A stretch of DNA of 64,000 bases from an uncultured Candidatus Rokubacteria bacterium (GCA_963771355.1 CAVYTA010000006.1:2690859-2754858), one strand, 5' to 3'. Shown: positions 22,582-35,060, counted from the stretch's first letter. The notes: generated by a model from the letters alone, not told the origin. Numbers and translations are program-made.

Positions 22582-23338
22582 CGCGCGCGGACTCGCCCTC
22601 CTTCTGCTCTGCCTGGTGCTCGGGGCCTGCGCATCCGCCCCGCCCCTCGTGCCCCTCACCCCCGAGGTGGAGGGCGCGCGCGCACGGATCGAGGACGCTT
22701 GGCGCAGCTTCCGGGATCTCCGCAGTCTGGCCGACATCACGATCCGGCAGGGCAGCCGCTCCCAGCGGCTCTCCGGGGTGCTGCTCCTCAAGGCCCCCGC
22801 CGCCTTCCGCTTCGAGGCGCTCTCCCCCTTCGGCCCTCCCCTTCTCATCGTCGCGGGCTCGGCCGAGAGCGTGACGGTGTGGGAGGTGCTGCGGAACCGC
22901 GCCTATCTCCTGCCGTCCACTCCCGAGGCGAACCGCCGCTGGCTGGGCCTCGCGCTGCCGGCGGAGGATCTGGTGGCGTTCCTGGCCGGTCAGGTGCGGC
23001 CGATGCCCTCGCCGCAAACGGGCACCTTGATGCCCCCCGACGAGACGGGCCCCTCGCTGCGCCTGTCGGGGTCCGAGGGCACCCAGCGTATCTGGCTGGA
23101 TCGGGCGGGCCGCCCGCTCAAGGTCGAGTGGACCGAGGGCAAGAGTCCCCTGCGCGTCACGTTCACGCGCGGCGACGACGGAGGAGACGGGGCGCCGCGA
23201 CAGATTCGGCTCCAAACCCTCGACGGCAAGCTCGACGTCTCGGTGGTCTATCGCGATCCCCAGGTCAACACGGGACTCGACCCGGCGCTGTTGAGCCTGA
23301 CTGTGCCGCAAGGCGTGGAAATCCAAGACTTCCGTTGA
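22547..23338 (+). CDS. LolB/LolA-fold lipoprotein (outer-membrane lipoprotein sorting like)
   Basis: Lipobox LGAC, FRFEALSPFG; position between the TPR gene and ispE, where lolB usually lies. Confidence 0.6.
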   Translation: MRAPSRRSKRSNARGLALLLLCLVLGACASAPPLVPLTPEVEGARARIEDAWRSFRDLRSLADITIRQGSRSQRLSGVLLLKAPAAFRFEALSPFGPPLLIVAGSAESVTVWEVLRNRAYLLPSTPEANRRWLGLALPAEDLVAFLAGQVRPMPSPQTGTLMPPDETGPSLRLSGSEGTQRIWLDRAGRPLKVEWTEGKSPLRVTFTRGDDGGDGAPRQIRLQTLDGKLDVSVVYRDPQVNTGLDPALLSLTVPQGVEIQDFR

Positions 23339-23372
23339 CACTTCGACGCACCGCGTGTTAGTGTTCTCTGCC

Positions 23373-24269
23373 TTGTCGAAGCGGTCGAGGGCAGTCCACG
23401 GGCTCGTGATCCGTACCTCGGCCAAAGTGAACTGGACTCTGGAGGTCCTGGGTAAGCGGGAAGACGGCTACCACGAGCTCTCCACGATCTTGCAGTCGGT
23501 GGATCTCTGGGACCGGCTGACCGTCGAGCCGGCCGACACGATCTCACTGGTGACGAGTGATCCGGGGCTACCCCTCGACGAGGGCAACTTGGTGGTGCGG
23601 GCGGCGCGGCTCCTGCAGAAGGAATCGGGCGTGACGGCGGGCGCACGGCTACACCTCGAGAAGCGGATTCCGGTGGCGGCGGGGCTGGGCGGCGGATCGA
23701 GCGACGCCGCCGCGACACTCTGGGGGCTGAACCGGTTGTGGAGGCTGCGCTGGCCCGTGAAGCGCTTGCAGGCACTGGGCGAGCGGCTCGGGATGGACGT
23801 GCCATTCTTCCTCGGGAAGGGACGAGCGGTGGCCACCGGGCGCGGCGAGCGGCTGCGGCCGCTGCCGCCGGGAGGCGGATACGCGCTGGTGCTGGTGAAC
23901 CCAAACTTCCCGCTGTCCACACGCGACGTGTACGGCCGCGTACCGGCGGGCTGGACGGCGGAGCCGGCGTCGACGAAGCGAATGCTCGAAGCGCTGAGGA
24001 GCCGCAGCCCGCGGCGGGTGGCGGCGGCGCTCGCAAACAATCTCGAGGCCGTGGTCGAGCCGGCGGTGCCGGCGATCACACGGATGAAGGCGGCGCTGGG
24101 GGCGGCCGGCGCGCTGGGCGCGGTGATGTCGGGAAGCGGGCCGACGGTATTCGGCGTCGCGCGCTCCCTGGATCACGCGCGGACGATCCGGCGCCGGGTG
24201 AATCGCGCGGGGTGGTCGGCATGGGCGGTGCGAACGCAGGCCGGCGCCTGCATCCGACAGGTGAGATAA
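23373..24269 (+). CDS. ispE: 4-diphosphocytidyl-2-C-methyl-D-erythritol kinase
   Basis: AKVN, DGYHEL, KRIPVAAGLGGGSSDAA, MSGSG; start TTG 23373 (or GTG 23355). Confidence 0.95.
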   Translation: MSKRSRAVHGLVIRTSAKVNWTLEVLGKREDGYHELSTILQSVDLWDRLTVEPADTISLVTSDPGLPLDEGNLVVRAARLLQKESGVTAGARLHLEKRIPVAAGLGGGSSDAAATLWGLNRLWRLRWPVKRLQALGERLGMDVPFFLGKGRAVATGRGERLRPLPPGGGYALVLVNPNFPLSTRDVYGRVPAGWTAEPASTKRMLEALRSRSPRRVAAALANNLEAVVEPAVPAITRMKAALGAAGALGAVMSGSGPTVFGVARSLDHARTIRRRVNRAGWSAWAVRTQAGACIRQVR

Positions 24270-24280
24270 GACCGAATCAC

Positions 24281-24356
24281 TGGGGCGTGGCCAAGTTGGC
24301 AAGGCGCGGGACTTTGGATCCCGTATTCGGAGGTTCGAGTCCTCCCGCCCCAACCA
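24281..24356 (+). tRNA. tRNA-Gln (TTG)
   Basis: Cloverleaf; anticodon arm CGGGA-CTTTGGA-TCCCG; GGTTCGAGTCC T-arm; 3' CCA; conserved ispE-tRNA-Gln-prs position. Confidence 0.97.
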
Positions 24357-24363
24357 TTTTTCA

Positions 24364-24386
24364 TCAACATGCTTTTCGCATGTTGA
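24364..24386 (+). other. Stem-loop between tRNA-Gln and prs
   Basis: TCAACATGC-TTTTC-GCATGTTGA perfect 9 bp stem. Confidence 0.5.
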
Positions 24387-24449
24387 ACGTGGGACGGTCA
24401 GGTCGGGGCAACCGGCTCAATACTGGCGTCAGTACAGGTGAAGGACGGC

Positions 24450-25394
24450 ATGATGGGTTATGACCTGAAGCTCTTCTCGGGGAATGCGAATCGGCCGCTC
24501 GCTGAGGAGATCGCCAAGACGCTCCAGCTCTCGCTGGGCGACGCGGAGGTCTCGCGCTTCTCGGACGGCGAGGTGTACGTCCAGATCAACGAGAACGTCC
24601 GCGGCCAGGACGTCTTCGTGATCCAGCCCACCTGCCCGCCGGTGAACGACCACCTGATGGAGCTGCTCGTGATGCTGGACGCGTTCAAGCGCGCGTCGGC
24701 GCGCCGCATCACCGCGGTGCTCCCGTACTACGGCTACGGGCGCCAGGACCGCAAGGTGATGGGGCGGGTGCCCATCACGGCCAAGCTGGTGGCCGATCTC
24801 ATCACCGCGGCGGGCTGTCATCGCGTGCTCGCGGTGGACCTCCACGCCGGGCAGATCCAGGGCTTCTTCGACATGCCGGTGGACCACCTCTTCGCCGCCC
24901 CGCCCGTGATCGTGGACTACCTCGCCAAGAAGGACCTGCGAGATCCGGTGCTCGTCTCGCCCGATGCCGGCGGCGTCGAGCGCGCGCGCGCCATCGCCAA
25001 GCGCCTCAACGCGGGCCTCGCCATCATCGACAAGCGCCGCGACGGCCCCAACGTGGCCGTCTTCATGCACCTCATCGGCGAGGTCGAGGGCAAGGACGTC
25101 GTCATCATCGACGACATGATCGACACCGCGGGGACCCTGATCCAGGCGGTGGACGCGCTCCGGCGCGAGGGGGCGCGGCGCATCCTCGCCGCCGCGGTCC
25201 ACGGGGTGCTGTCCGGCCCGGCCATCCAGCGCATCAACGACTCGGTGCTCGAAGAGGTCGTCATCACCAATTCCGTTCCCCTCGCCCCCGACAAGCACGT
25301 CGCGAAGATCCGGGTTCTCTCGGTCGCCCCCCTGGTGGCCGAGGCGATCCGGCGCATCCACGACGAGGAGTCCGTGTCCGGGCTCTTCGTCTAG
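24450..25394 (+). CDS. prs: Ribose-phosphate pyrophosphokinase
   Basis: FSDGE, PYYGYGRQDR, DLHAGQIQGFF, VSPDAGG, IIDDMIDTAGT. Confidence 0.98.
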   Translation: MMGYDLKLFSGNANRPLAEEIAKTLQLSLGDAEVSRFSDGEVYVQINENVRGQDVFVIQPTCPPVNDHLMELLVMLDAFKRASARRITAVLPYYGYGRQDRKVMGRVPITAKLVADLITAAGCHRVLAVDLHAGQIQGFFDMPVDHLFAAPPVIVDYLAKKDLRDPVLVSPDAGGVERARAIAKRLNAGLAIIDKRRDGPNVAVFMHLIGEVEGKDVVIIDDMIDTAGTLIQAVDALRREGARRILAAAVHGVLSGPAIQRINDSVLEEVVITNSVPLAPDKHVAKIRVLSVAPLVAEAIRRIHDEESVSGLFV

Positions 25395-25415
25395 CTCAGA
25401 AAGGAAGCCGTCGTC

Positions 25416-26108
25416 ATGGAAATGCGCGCACTGACCATCGAGAAGCGTGTCGGGACCGGCAAGGAAGCGGCCAAGCGCCTCCGCCGGACCGGCCGCGTCC
25501 CCGCCATCCTCTACGGTGGGAGCACGCCGGTGAACATCACCGTCAACCCCAAGGATATCTTCCGTCTCATCCACGGCCACGAGGGCGGCACCCAGCTGCT
25601 CCAGGTAGCCTTCGGCGACTCCCCCGACAAGCGGATGGCCATCATCCGGGACATGCAGCTCGACCCCGTCACCGAGGATCTGGTCCACGTCGACCTGCAG
25701 GAAGTGGCGATGGACAAGCCCATCCAGGTCACCGTTCCCCTGCGCCACGTCGGCGAGCCGGTGGGGGTACGCGACACCAAGGGCATCCTCGAGATGATCC
25801 TCCGCGAGGTGCAGGTGTCCTGCCTCCCGGGCTCGATCCCGGAGTCGTTCACTGCGGACGTGTCCGAGCTGGGCATCCATGATGTCTTCACGGTCGGCCA
25901 GCTCGTGGCGCCGGAAGGCGTGCGCATCCTGACCGATCCCAGCCAGGCCGTCGCCACGGTGGCGCCGCCCATGGCCGAGGAGGTCGCGGTGCCGGCAGTG
26001 GCGACCGGCGTGGTCGCGGCCACTCCGGCCGAGCCCGAGGTGCTCACGGAGCGGAAGCCCAAGGAAGAAGCGGCCGACGAGAAGGAAAAGGACACCAAGA
26101 AGAAGTAG
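25416..26108 (+). CDS. rplY: 50S ribosomal protein L25/Ctc
   Basis: GK-x-A-x-x-RLR...VPAILYG, HVDL, long Ctc-type C-terminus. Confidence 0.95.
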   Translation: MEMRALTIEKRVGTGKEAAKRLRRTGRVPAILYGGSTPVNITVNPKDIFRLIHGHEGGTQLLQVAFGDSPDKRMAIIRDMQLDPVTEDLVHVDLQEVAMDKPIQVTVPLRHVGEPVGVRDTKGILEMILREVQVSCLPGSIPESFTADVSELGIHDVFTVGQLVAPEGVRILTDPSQAVATVAPPMAEEVAVPAVATGVVAATPAEPEVLTERKPKEEAADEKEKDTKKK

Positions 26109-26675
26109 GTGGCGCAGGGCATCGTCGGGCTGGGCAATCCCGGCCCGGAGTACCGGGATACGCGCCACAACGTGGGGTCGCGGGTGGTGGACGGTCTCGC
26201 CAGGACACTGCACACGCGCTTCGCGCGCGAGGGCGGTCACCTGGTGGGGCCGGCCCGCTGGCATGGCGAGCCGGTCTATCTCATCAAGCCGCAGTCGTTC
26301 ATGAACGAGACCGGGCCCGCGGTGGCCCGCCTGGCCCGGCGGCTGCACCTCGGGCCCGCCGACCTCGTCATCGTCTTCGACGACCTCGACCTCCCGCTGG
26401 GGACGGTCCGGGTCCGGATGAAAGGCAGCGCGGGCGGGCACAACGGGGTTCGCTCGCTCATCGCGGCGCTGGGCACCGACGAGATCCGTCGGGTCAAGGT
26501 CGGCATCGGCCGCCCGGGGCCACCGGAAGGGACGGCGCGACGCCGTCCCGAGGTGGTGGACCACGTGCTGTCGCCCTTTTACCCCGACGAGGGGGAGGTC
26601 GTGGAGGCCGCGTGCGCGGAGGCTGCCCAGCACGCGCTGAGGCTCCTGGAGAGTCGCCACGGCGCCCGGGCCTGA
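26109..26675 (+). CDS. pth: Peptidyl-tRNA hydrolase
   Basis: VGLGNPG, TRHNVG, KPQSFMN, DDLDL, GGHNG. Confidence 0.96.
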   Translation: MAQGIVGLGNPGPEYRDTRHNVGSRVVDGLARTLHTRFAREGGHLVGPARWHGEPVYLIKPQSFMNETGPAVARLARRLHLGPADLVIVFDDLDLPLGTVRVRMKGSAGGHNGVRSLIAALGTDEIRRVKVGIGRPGPPEGTARRRPEVVDHVLSPFYPDEGEVVEAACAEAAQHALRLLESRHGARA

Positions 26676-26776
26676 GCTCTTGGGGAGCTCCAGATTGCGG
26701 CCCAGGGGGGGCCATGGTATACAGTCGTCGTTTAGCCATCCGTTGTCCGTAAAGGTCCCGGAGAGGGGGGACGTGA

Positions 26777-26971
26777 GTGACCAAGGTCATCGTGGAGCCC
26801 GACGAGTCCTTCGAGAACGCACTGAAGCGGTTCAAGAAGCAGTGCGAGAAGGCCGGGCTCATGTCGGAACTGCGCAAGCGCCAGCACTACGAGAAGCCCA
26901 GCGTCAAGCGGAAGCGCAAGACCCTGGCGGCGCGCAAGAAGGCGAAGAAACGCGAGCGGTTCTCCGAGTAG
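26777..26971 (+). CDS. rpsU: 30S ribosomal protein S21
   Basis: [22 protein letters not shown]. Confidence 0.96.
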   Translation: MTKVIVEPDESFENALKRFKKQCEKAGLMSELRKRQHYEKPSVKRKRKTLAARKKAKKRERFSE

Positions 26972-29370
26972 TCGCCGGCGGTAGCGGGGTCGAATGGGCC
27001 CAGGTCCAGGGCCTGCTCGCCCGGCAGACGCACACCCCCATGGGGCGCGAGCGGGCCCTGGCCCTCGAGCCCTCGACTGATCTCACGCGGATCCAAGCGG
27101 CCCTGAGCGAAACTCGCCAGGGCCGCCGTGCTTTGGGGGAGGCGGGATCCCCTCCCTGGGAGGTCATCCCGGACGTGCGGGCCACCCTCGAGCGGACGCG
27201 CACCGCGGGGGCGGTCGTGGAGGGGCGCGAGCTGGTGGCGCTGATTCCCCTTCTCGAAGCCGCGGGCCGGCTGGCCGGCTACGGCCGCAGCATCGCGCCC
27301 GTCGCTCCCGAGCTGGGCCAGGCCCTCGGCGGCCTCCCCGCGGTGGGGCCCCTGCGTGATCTCCTCCGGCGCTCACTGGACGAGGACGGCGCCGTCCGGG
27401 ACGAGGCCAGCTCCGCGCTGCGCCGGCTGCGGGGGCGGCTGCGAGAGCTGCGGCGGGCGCTGATCAAGCGGCTGGAGGCGTTCTTCCAGCACCCGGGCGC
27501 GGATACCCTCTTCCAGGAGCGCTACGTCACCGTGCGCCACGGGCGCTACGTGCTGCCGGTGCTCGCGGGCGCCAAGACGCGGCTCCGGGGCATCGTGCAC
27601 GATCGCAGCCAGAGCGGGGCGACGCTCTTCGTGGAGCCGGAGTCGGTGGTCGAGGACAACAACGATCTGGTTCAGGTGGAGCGGGAGGAGGAGGCCCTGG
27701 TCCTCCAGGTGCTGGCCGCGCTCACCGACGCGGTGCACGCCGCGCTGCCCGAGCTCGAGCGTCTCGTCGACGGGCTGGGCGCGGCGGACCTCATCTTCGG
27801 CCGCGCGGAGCTGGCGGAGCGCATGGAGGCGGTGGAGCCCGTGGTGGGGGACGAGCGCGTGGTGGACGTGCGCGGCGCTCGCCACCCGCTGCTGCTGGCC
27901 CAGGGCTGGGCGCAGACCGAGGCAGAGGTCGGGACGCACGGCCCGCGATCCGTGGTCCCGGTGGATCTCTTCCTCGACGCCGAGCGTCCCCTGCTCGTCA
28001 TCACGGGGCCGAACGCGGGCGGCAAGACGGTGGCGCTGAAGACGCTGGGCCTCCTCGCGGTGATGGCGCAGGCCGGCCTCCACGTGCCCGCGCTGCCGGG
28101 CGCGCGGCTGCCGCGCTTCACCCAGCTCTTCGCCATCATCGGGGACGACCAGAGCGTGGCCGAGAACCTCTCGACCTTCTCTGCCTTCGTCAAGCAGCTT
28201 CGTGAGGTGATCGAGCACGTGGACGCGGAGTCCCTCGTGCTCCTGGACGAGCTGGGCGCGGGCACCGACCCCGACGACGGCGCCGCGCTGGCCCAGGCCG
28301 TGCTGGAGGAGCTGGGCACGCGCGGGGCCCTCTGCGCGGCCTCCACCCACCTCGAGCCGCTCAAGGGCTTCGCCGCCACCCATCCGCGGGCACGCAACGC
28401 CTCGGTGGAATTCGACGGCGACCGGCTCGAGCCCACGTTCCGGGTGGTGTACGACCGGCCGGGGCAGAGCTATGCCCTCGCCATCGGGGCGCGGCTCGGC
28501 CTGCCGCCTCGCCTGATCGAGCGCGCGCGGGCGCATCGCACCACCCAGCAGGCCGCGCTCCAGGAGCTCATCACCCGACTGGACGCGCGCGATCGACAAG
28601 AAGCGGAGCGTGTCGCTCAACTGGAAGACCGCGAACGGGAGAGCGCGGCCCGGGTCCGGCGCGCCGAGGCGGACGCAGAGGCCGCGCGCGCCGACGCCCG
28701 CGACGCCCTGACGCGGGCGCGTGGGGACGCCCAGCGGCTGGTGGCCGACGTCCGCCGCGCCGTCAACGCGGAATGGGATACCCTCAAGCGCGGCGAGCGA
28801 TCCCGGCAGGGGCTGGAGGCCTCCCGCCGTCGGCTCCTCGAGGCCGGGCAGCGGGCCGCCGCGCCGGGACCCGAGGAAGCGGCGAGCGATCCGGGGCGGG
28901 ATCCGCTCCCCGGCGATCGCGTCGCCATCACCCATCTGGGGCTCAAGGGGGACGTGCTGGACGTGACCAACGGCAACGCGACGGTGCGCGCGGGCGCGGT
29001 GACGCTGAAGGTCCCGGCGCGTGCCCTCCGGGTGCTTCCGCGCGACACGGGCGAGGCCGCCGCCGCGTTCTCGGCGGCGCGCGCCGCCACCCACACCCTC
29101 GGGCAGCCGCTCAAGCGCGGGGTGGGCCCCGAGCTCCACCTCATCGGCCGCACCGCGGACGAGGCGCGCGAGACCCTGGAGAAGTATCTCGACGATGCCT
29201 TCCTCGCGGGCCTCGATTCGGTCCGCATCATCCACGGCAAAGGGACCGGGAAGCTCCGGCGCACCGTGCACGAGCTGCTCGCCGCCCATCCGCTGGTGGC
29301 CGAGCACCGGCCGGGCGCCCTTCACGAGGGCGGCGAGGGCGCGACCGTGGCCCAGCTGAGGACAGCCTAG
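26972..29370 (+). CDS. mutS2: Endonuclease MutS2 (start codon unresolved; start coordinate approximate)
   Basis: GIVHDRSQSGATLFVEP, TGPNAGGKT, LSTFS, LLDELGAGTDP, C-terminal Smr IIHGKGTG...GGEGAT. Confidence 0.92.
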
Positions 29371-31266
29371 ATGGCGGGCTTCACCCCCGCGCTCCTCGAG
29401 GAGATCCGCGCGAGAGCGGACATCGTCGAGCTGGTCGGCCAGTGGGTGAAGCTCAAGAAGGCGGGCGAGAACTGGAAGGGGCTCTGTCCCTTCCATACCG
29501 AGAAGACGCCGTCCTTCACCGTCAACCCGAAGAAGGGAATCTTTCACTGCTTCGGCTGCAAGGCCGGCGGCGACGCCTTCAGCTTCCTGCGCAAGCAGGA
29601 GCGGCTCGACTTCCCCGAGGCCGTCCGCGTGCTCGCCCAGCGGGTGGGGGTGGCGCTGCCCACCGAAGGCGCCGAGCGCGTCCAGGACGGCAAGCTCGAG
29701 GGTCTTCGCACGGTGATGGCGCGAGCCGCCCGCTTCTACGGCGAGGCGCTCTGGAAGGCGGACGATGCCGGGGCGGAGAAGGCGCGACGCTATCTCGAGG
29801 GCCGGGGCGTGGATGCCGAGGTGGCGCGGCGCTTCGGCCTGGGCTATGCGCCGGAAGGGTGGGACAACCTCCTCGGCCTCATGCGCCGCGAGGGCCTGAG
29901 CGACGAGCTCCTCGCCCAGGCCGGCCTGGTCCTGCCTCGCCAGAATGCCGCCGGCTTCTATGACCGCTTTCGCGGCCGGCTCATGTTTTCGATCCGGGAT
30001 GCGCAGGGTCGCGTGGTCGCCTTCGGGGGCCGCGCGCTCGGCCCGGACGAGGTCAAGTACATCAACTCCCCGGAGACGCCGCTGTATGTGAAGGGGCACA
30101 CCGTCTACGGGCTCGACCTGGCGAAGCCGGCGATCCGGGAGCGGAATCGCGCCGTGGTCGTGGAGGGTTACCTCGATTGCCTCATGGCGCACCAGCATGG
30201 CTTCACCGAGACCGTGGCCGCGCTGGGCACCGCTTTCACCCCCGCCCAGCTCGCGCTCCTCCAGCGCAATGCCGAGGAGATCGTGGCCGTCTTCGACGCC
30301 GACGCCGCGGGGCAAAAGGCCTCCGCCCGGCTCGAGGAGATGATGACCGACACCCTGGATATCGGGGGGCTGGCCTGGGCGGTGGCCCGGACGGGAGGGT
30401 TCGAGCGTTCCGGGTACTTCCCCGTCAAGGTGGCGGTGCTGCCCCCGGGGCATGACCCGGACAGCCTCCTGCGGGCCGAGGGGGCCGCCGCCTTTCAGTC
30501 GCGCCTCGACGCCGCCCGGAGTATCCTGTCCTTCGTCATGCAGCAGGCCCTCTCCGAGGAGGACCTCTCGACGGCGCGAGGCCGGGCCACGGCCCACGCG
30601 CGGGTGGCCCTCATTCTCTCGAAGGTCCCTAACGCCGAAGAGGCCACCACGCTCGCCGCGCAGGCGTCCCGCCAGCTTGGGGTGGACTCTACCCAGCTCT
30701 GGATCGAGGCCCAGCAGCTCCAGCGCGCGCGGATGACCCAGTCGCGGTTCCAGCGCCCCGCCGCCGGCGCCGCGCCGGTACCCGCCGGCTGGCCCATGCC
30801 GAGCCTGGCCGAGCGCGATCTGCTCCTGCTCCTCCTCCGCGTCGACGAGGCGCGCGCCGCGCTGCTGCCCACCGTCGAGGACGTGGACGTGGCGCACCTC
30901 GGCCTGCGCGCCATCCTCGCCACCCTCCGGCACTCGCCGGAGACCCCCGCCGAGGCGCTCATGCACCAGCTGCCGGGCGACGCCGAGCGCTCGCTGCTGG
31001 CCGCCCTGCTCGTGGACGAGCGGGAGTGGACGGACACCGCCCCGCAGATCGAGGAGCTCGCCCGCCGTTTCGACATCCGCCAGCGGAAGAAGACGCTTCG
31101 CCGCGTGACCCAGTCCATCGCCGATGCCCAGGCTACCGGCGAGCCCGCCCCGACCCAGCTCGAGGCGGAGCTGACCCACCTCCAGCAGGCCGCGCAAGCC
31201 GTGAGAGACCTCACGGCTCCCCGCGTGCCGGGAGAGCCCGGGCCCGCCCCGGGCACCCGACCTTAA
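29371..31266 (+). CDS. dnaG: DNA primase
   Basis: CPFHTEKTPSF..FHCFGC zinc finger, DRFRGR, KYINSPET, VEGYLD, DADAAG. Confidence 0.98.
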   Translation: MAGFTPALLEEIRARADIVELVGQWVKLKKAGENWKGLCPFHTEKTPSFTVNPKKGIFHCFGCKAGGDAFSFLRKQERLDFPEAVRVLAQRVGVALPTEGAERVQDGKLEGLRTVMARAARFYGEALWKADDAGAEKARRYLEGRGVDAEVARRFGLGYAPEGWDNLLGLMRREGLSDELLAQAGLVLPRQNAAGFYDRFRGRLMFSIRDAQGRVVAFGGRALGPDEVKYINSPETPLYVKGHTVYGLDLAKPAIRERNRAVVVEGYLDCLMAHQHGFTETVAALGTAFTPAQLALLQRNAEEIVAVFDADAAGQKASARLEEMMTDTLDIGGLAWAVARTGGFERSGYFPVKVAVLPPGHDPDSLLRAEGAAAFQSRLDAARSILSFVMQQALSEEDLSTARGRATAHARVALILSKVPNAEEATTLAAQASRQLGVDSTQLWIEAQQLQRARMTQSRFQRPAAGAAPVPAGWPMPSLAERDLLLLLLRVDEARAALLPTVEDVDVAHLGLRAILATLRHSPETPAEALMHQLPGDAERSLLAALLVDEREWTDTAPQIEELARRFDIRQRKKTLRRVTQSIADAQATGEPAPTQLEAELTHLQQAAQAVRDLTAPRVPGEPGPAPGTRP

Positions 31267-31290
31267 CCTCACCGAGGAGACGCATCAGGC

Positions 31291-33087
<1,797 letters not shown>

Positions 33088-33107
33088 GTGCTACCATGAC
33101 GACGTGC

Positions 33108-33183
33108 GGGCCCATAGCTCAATTGGCAGAGCCCCCGGCTCATAACCGGTCAGGTCTTGGTTCGAGTCCAAGTGGGCCCACCA
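33108..33183 (+). tRNA. tRNA with CAT anticodon, probably tRNA-Ile2 (lysidine-modified)
   Basis: Cloverleaf with G1-C72 pair, CCGG-CTCATAA-CCGG anticodon arm, CCA end; lacks initiator features; lies after rpoD like E. coli ileX. Confidence 0.9.
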
Positions 33184-33199
33184 ATCGCGGAGAGGTGAC

Positions 33200-33907
33200 G
33201 TGGACGGCCAGCTGAAGACACTCATCGCCCTGCAAGCCCTCGACACCCGTATCGCCGGCCTCGAGGCCGAGGCGGCCCGGATCCCCCGCGACATCGAAAC
33301 CCTCCGGGCGCGCACCGCCGAAGCCAAGAAAATCGTCGACACCGCCAAGGTCGCACTGGACGCCGCTCGCAAGGAGACCCGCGCCAAGGAGAAGGACCTC
33401 GAGGACAACCAGGTCAAGCGGCAGAAGTTCGAGGGCCAGCTCTACCAGGTCAAGACCAACAAGGAGTACTCCGCCGTCCTCGCCGAGATCGAGGAGGTCA
33501 AGCAACAGAAGTCCAAGATCGAGGAGGAGATCCTGACGCTGATGGAGCGGCAGGAGCGCGTGGCCGGCGAGATCAAGGACGCGGAGGCCCGCTACACCTC
33601 GGCCGAGACCGCGGGCGCCGGCGAGGAGAAGGCGCTCCGCGAGAAGCTCGCCGCGGTGGAGACCGAGCTGGCGGCCGGTCGCGGCGACCGGCGCTCGGTG
33701 GCGCGCGAGGTGCCCGCCAATGTCCTCTCCGACTACGACCGCCTGCTCCGGGCCCGCGGCGGCCTCGCCCTCGCCCAGGTGATCAAGCCGAACCTGTGCG
33801 GCGCCTGCCGCATGACCGTCACGCCCCAGCGCCTCCAGGAGCTGCGCGCCCAGAACGCGCTGCTGCACTGCGAGGCCTGCGGGCGCTACATCTACTGGCA
33901 GGCCTGA
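33200..33907 (+). CDS. Coiled-coil protein with C4 zinc ribbon (DUF164/CdsZ-like)
   Basis: LQALD N-terminus, long coiled coil, CGAC...CEACGR. Confidence 0.88.
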   Translation: MDGQLKTLIALQALDTRIAGLEAEAARIPRDIETLRARTAEAKKIVDTAKVALDAARKETRAKEKDLEDNQVKRQKFEGQLYQVKTNKEYSAVLAEIEEVKQQKSKIEEEILTLMERQERVAGEIKDAEARYTSAETAGAGEEKALREKLAAVETELAAGRGDRRSVAREVPANVLSDYDRLLRARGGLALAQVIKPNLCGACRMTVTPQRLQELRAQNALLHCEACGRYIYWQA

Positions 33908-34377
33908 TCTCCTCTCCCGACCGCGCCATCGTCTACGCCGACGGAGCCTGCCTGGGCAACCCGGGACCGGGGGGCTGGGGCGCCATCATCCTCGACGGCG
34001 GCGCCGAACGCGAGCTGTCCGGGGCCGAGCCCTTGTCCACCAATCAGCGCATGGAGATGACGGCGGTGTGGGAGGGCCTCCGGGCCCTTCCGCCCGGGCG
34101 CGCCGCCGCCGTCTATTCAGACAGCGCCTACGTGATCAATTGCTTCCGCGACCGCTGGTACGTGCGGTGGCGGGCCAATGGCTGGAGGAACGCGCAGAAG
34201 AAGCCGGTGGAGAATCGCGACCTGTGGGAGGCCCTCCTCGCCGAGGTCGAGTCGCGCGACGTGACCTGGCACAAGGTGGCGGGCCATTCCGGCGTGCCCC
34301 TCAACGAGCGCGCCGACCGCCTCGCCGCCGAGGCCATCCAGCGCATGTTGGCCGGCGTATCCCCGCCGGCACATTGA
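33904..34377 (+). CDS. rnhA: Ribonuclease HI (start probably CTG 33904)
   Basis: YADGACLGNPGPGGWG, TNQRME, DSAYV, NRDLW, VAGHSG..NERADRLA. Confidence 0.95.
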   Translation: MISSPDRAIVYADGACLGNPGPGGWGAIILDGGAERELSGAEPLSTNQRMEMTAVWEGLRALPPGRAAAVYSDSAYVINCFRDRWYVRWRANGWRNAQKKPVENRDLWEALLAEVESRDVTWHKVAGHSGVPLNERADRLAAEAIQRMLAGVSPPAH

Positions 34378-34408
34378 CCCGCTCCCGACCGTCCGCTACG
34401 CTCCGCTC

Positions 34409-34981
34409 ATGCCGGCCATCCAGACGAAGCGCTGGACCCGCGTGGAGTACGAGCGCCTGATCGACCTCGGCGTGTTCGGCCCCCAGGATCGCCTCGAGCT
34501 GCTGGGCGGCCAGCTCGTCGTCGCCGAGCCCCAGGGCACGGATCACTACTCCGCCATCCTTCGCGCGACTCGCGTGCTCCAGGCCGCCTTCGGAGCGGGC
34601 TGGCTAGTCCGGCCCCAGGGCCCCGTCGCGCTCGACGACGAATCCGAGCCCGAGCCGGACGTGGCGGTGGTGTCGGGCGACATCGATGACTATCGGCTCG
34701 CGCACCCCGCTCGCCCCGTCCTCGCCATCGAGGTCGCCGTCTCGAGCCTCGCGCTGGATCGTTCGCACAAGGCCAGTCTCTACGCCCGCGCGGGCGTGGC
34801 GGACTACTGGATCATCAATCTGGTGGATCGCGTCCTCGAAGTGCACCGGGATCCGGCCCCCGACGCCGAGGCGCCCTATGGCTGGGCCTATGCGTCCATC
34901 GAGATCCTGAGCGGCGGCGCCGCGATCGCACCGCTCGCCGCTCCCACGTCTCCGATCGCCGTGACGGCCCTACTCGCCTGA
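34409..34981 (+). CDS. Uma2/DUF820 PD-(D/E)xK family protein
   Basis: RWT-x-x-EY, ELLGG, EPEPDVAVV, IEVA, K-x-x-LYARAGV-x-DYWIINL. Confidence 0.9.
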   Translation: MPAIQTKRWTRVEYERLIDLGVFGPQDRLELLGGQLVVAEPQGTDHYSAILRATRVLQAAFGAGWLVRPQGPVALDDESEPEPDVAVVSGDIDDYRLAHPARPVLAIEVAVSSLALDRSHKASLYARAGVADYWIINLVDRVLEVHRDPAPDAEAPYGWAYASIEILSGGAAIAPLAAPTSPIAVTALLA

Positions 34982-35060
34982 CGCTGCCGCGCATGCGGCC
35001 CCGCCGCATCGCGCGCCGGTGCTATACTTTCTCACGTAACGACGCGCTCTTTGATTGACA

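Noticed and set aside
33108..33183. Calling the CAT tRNA initiator tRNA-fMet
   Set aside because: It has a paired 1-72 position and lacks the three consecutive G-C pairs (GGG/CCC) in the anticodon stem; elongator Met is not fully excluded
34409..34981. Uma2 nuclease as part of the rnpB island or a defence system
   Set aside because: It lies outside the att repeats and has no partner genes; such genes are commonly scattered singletons
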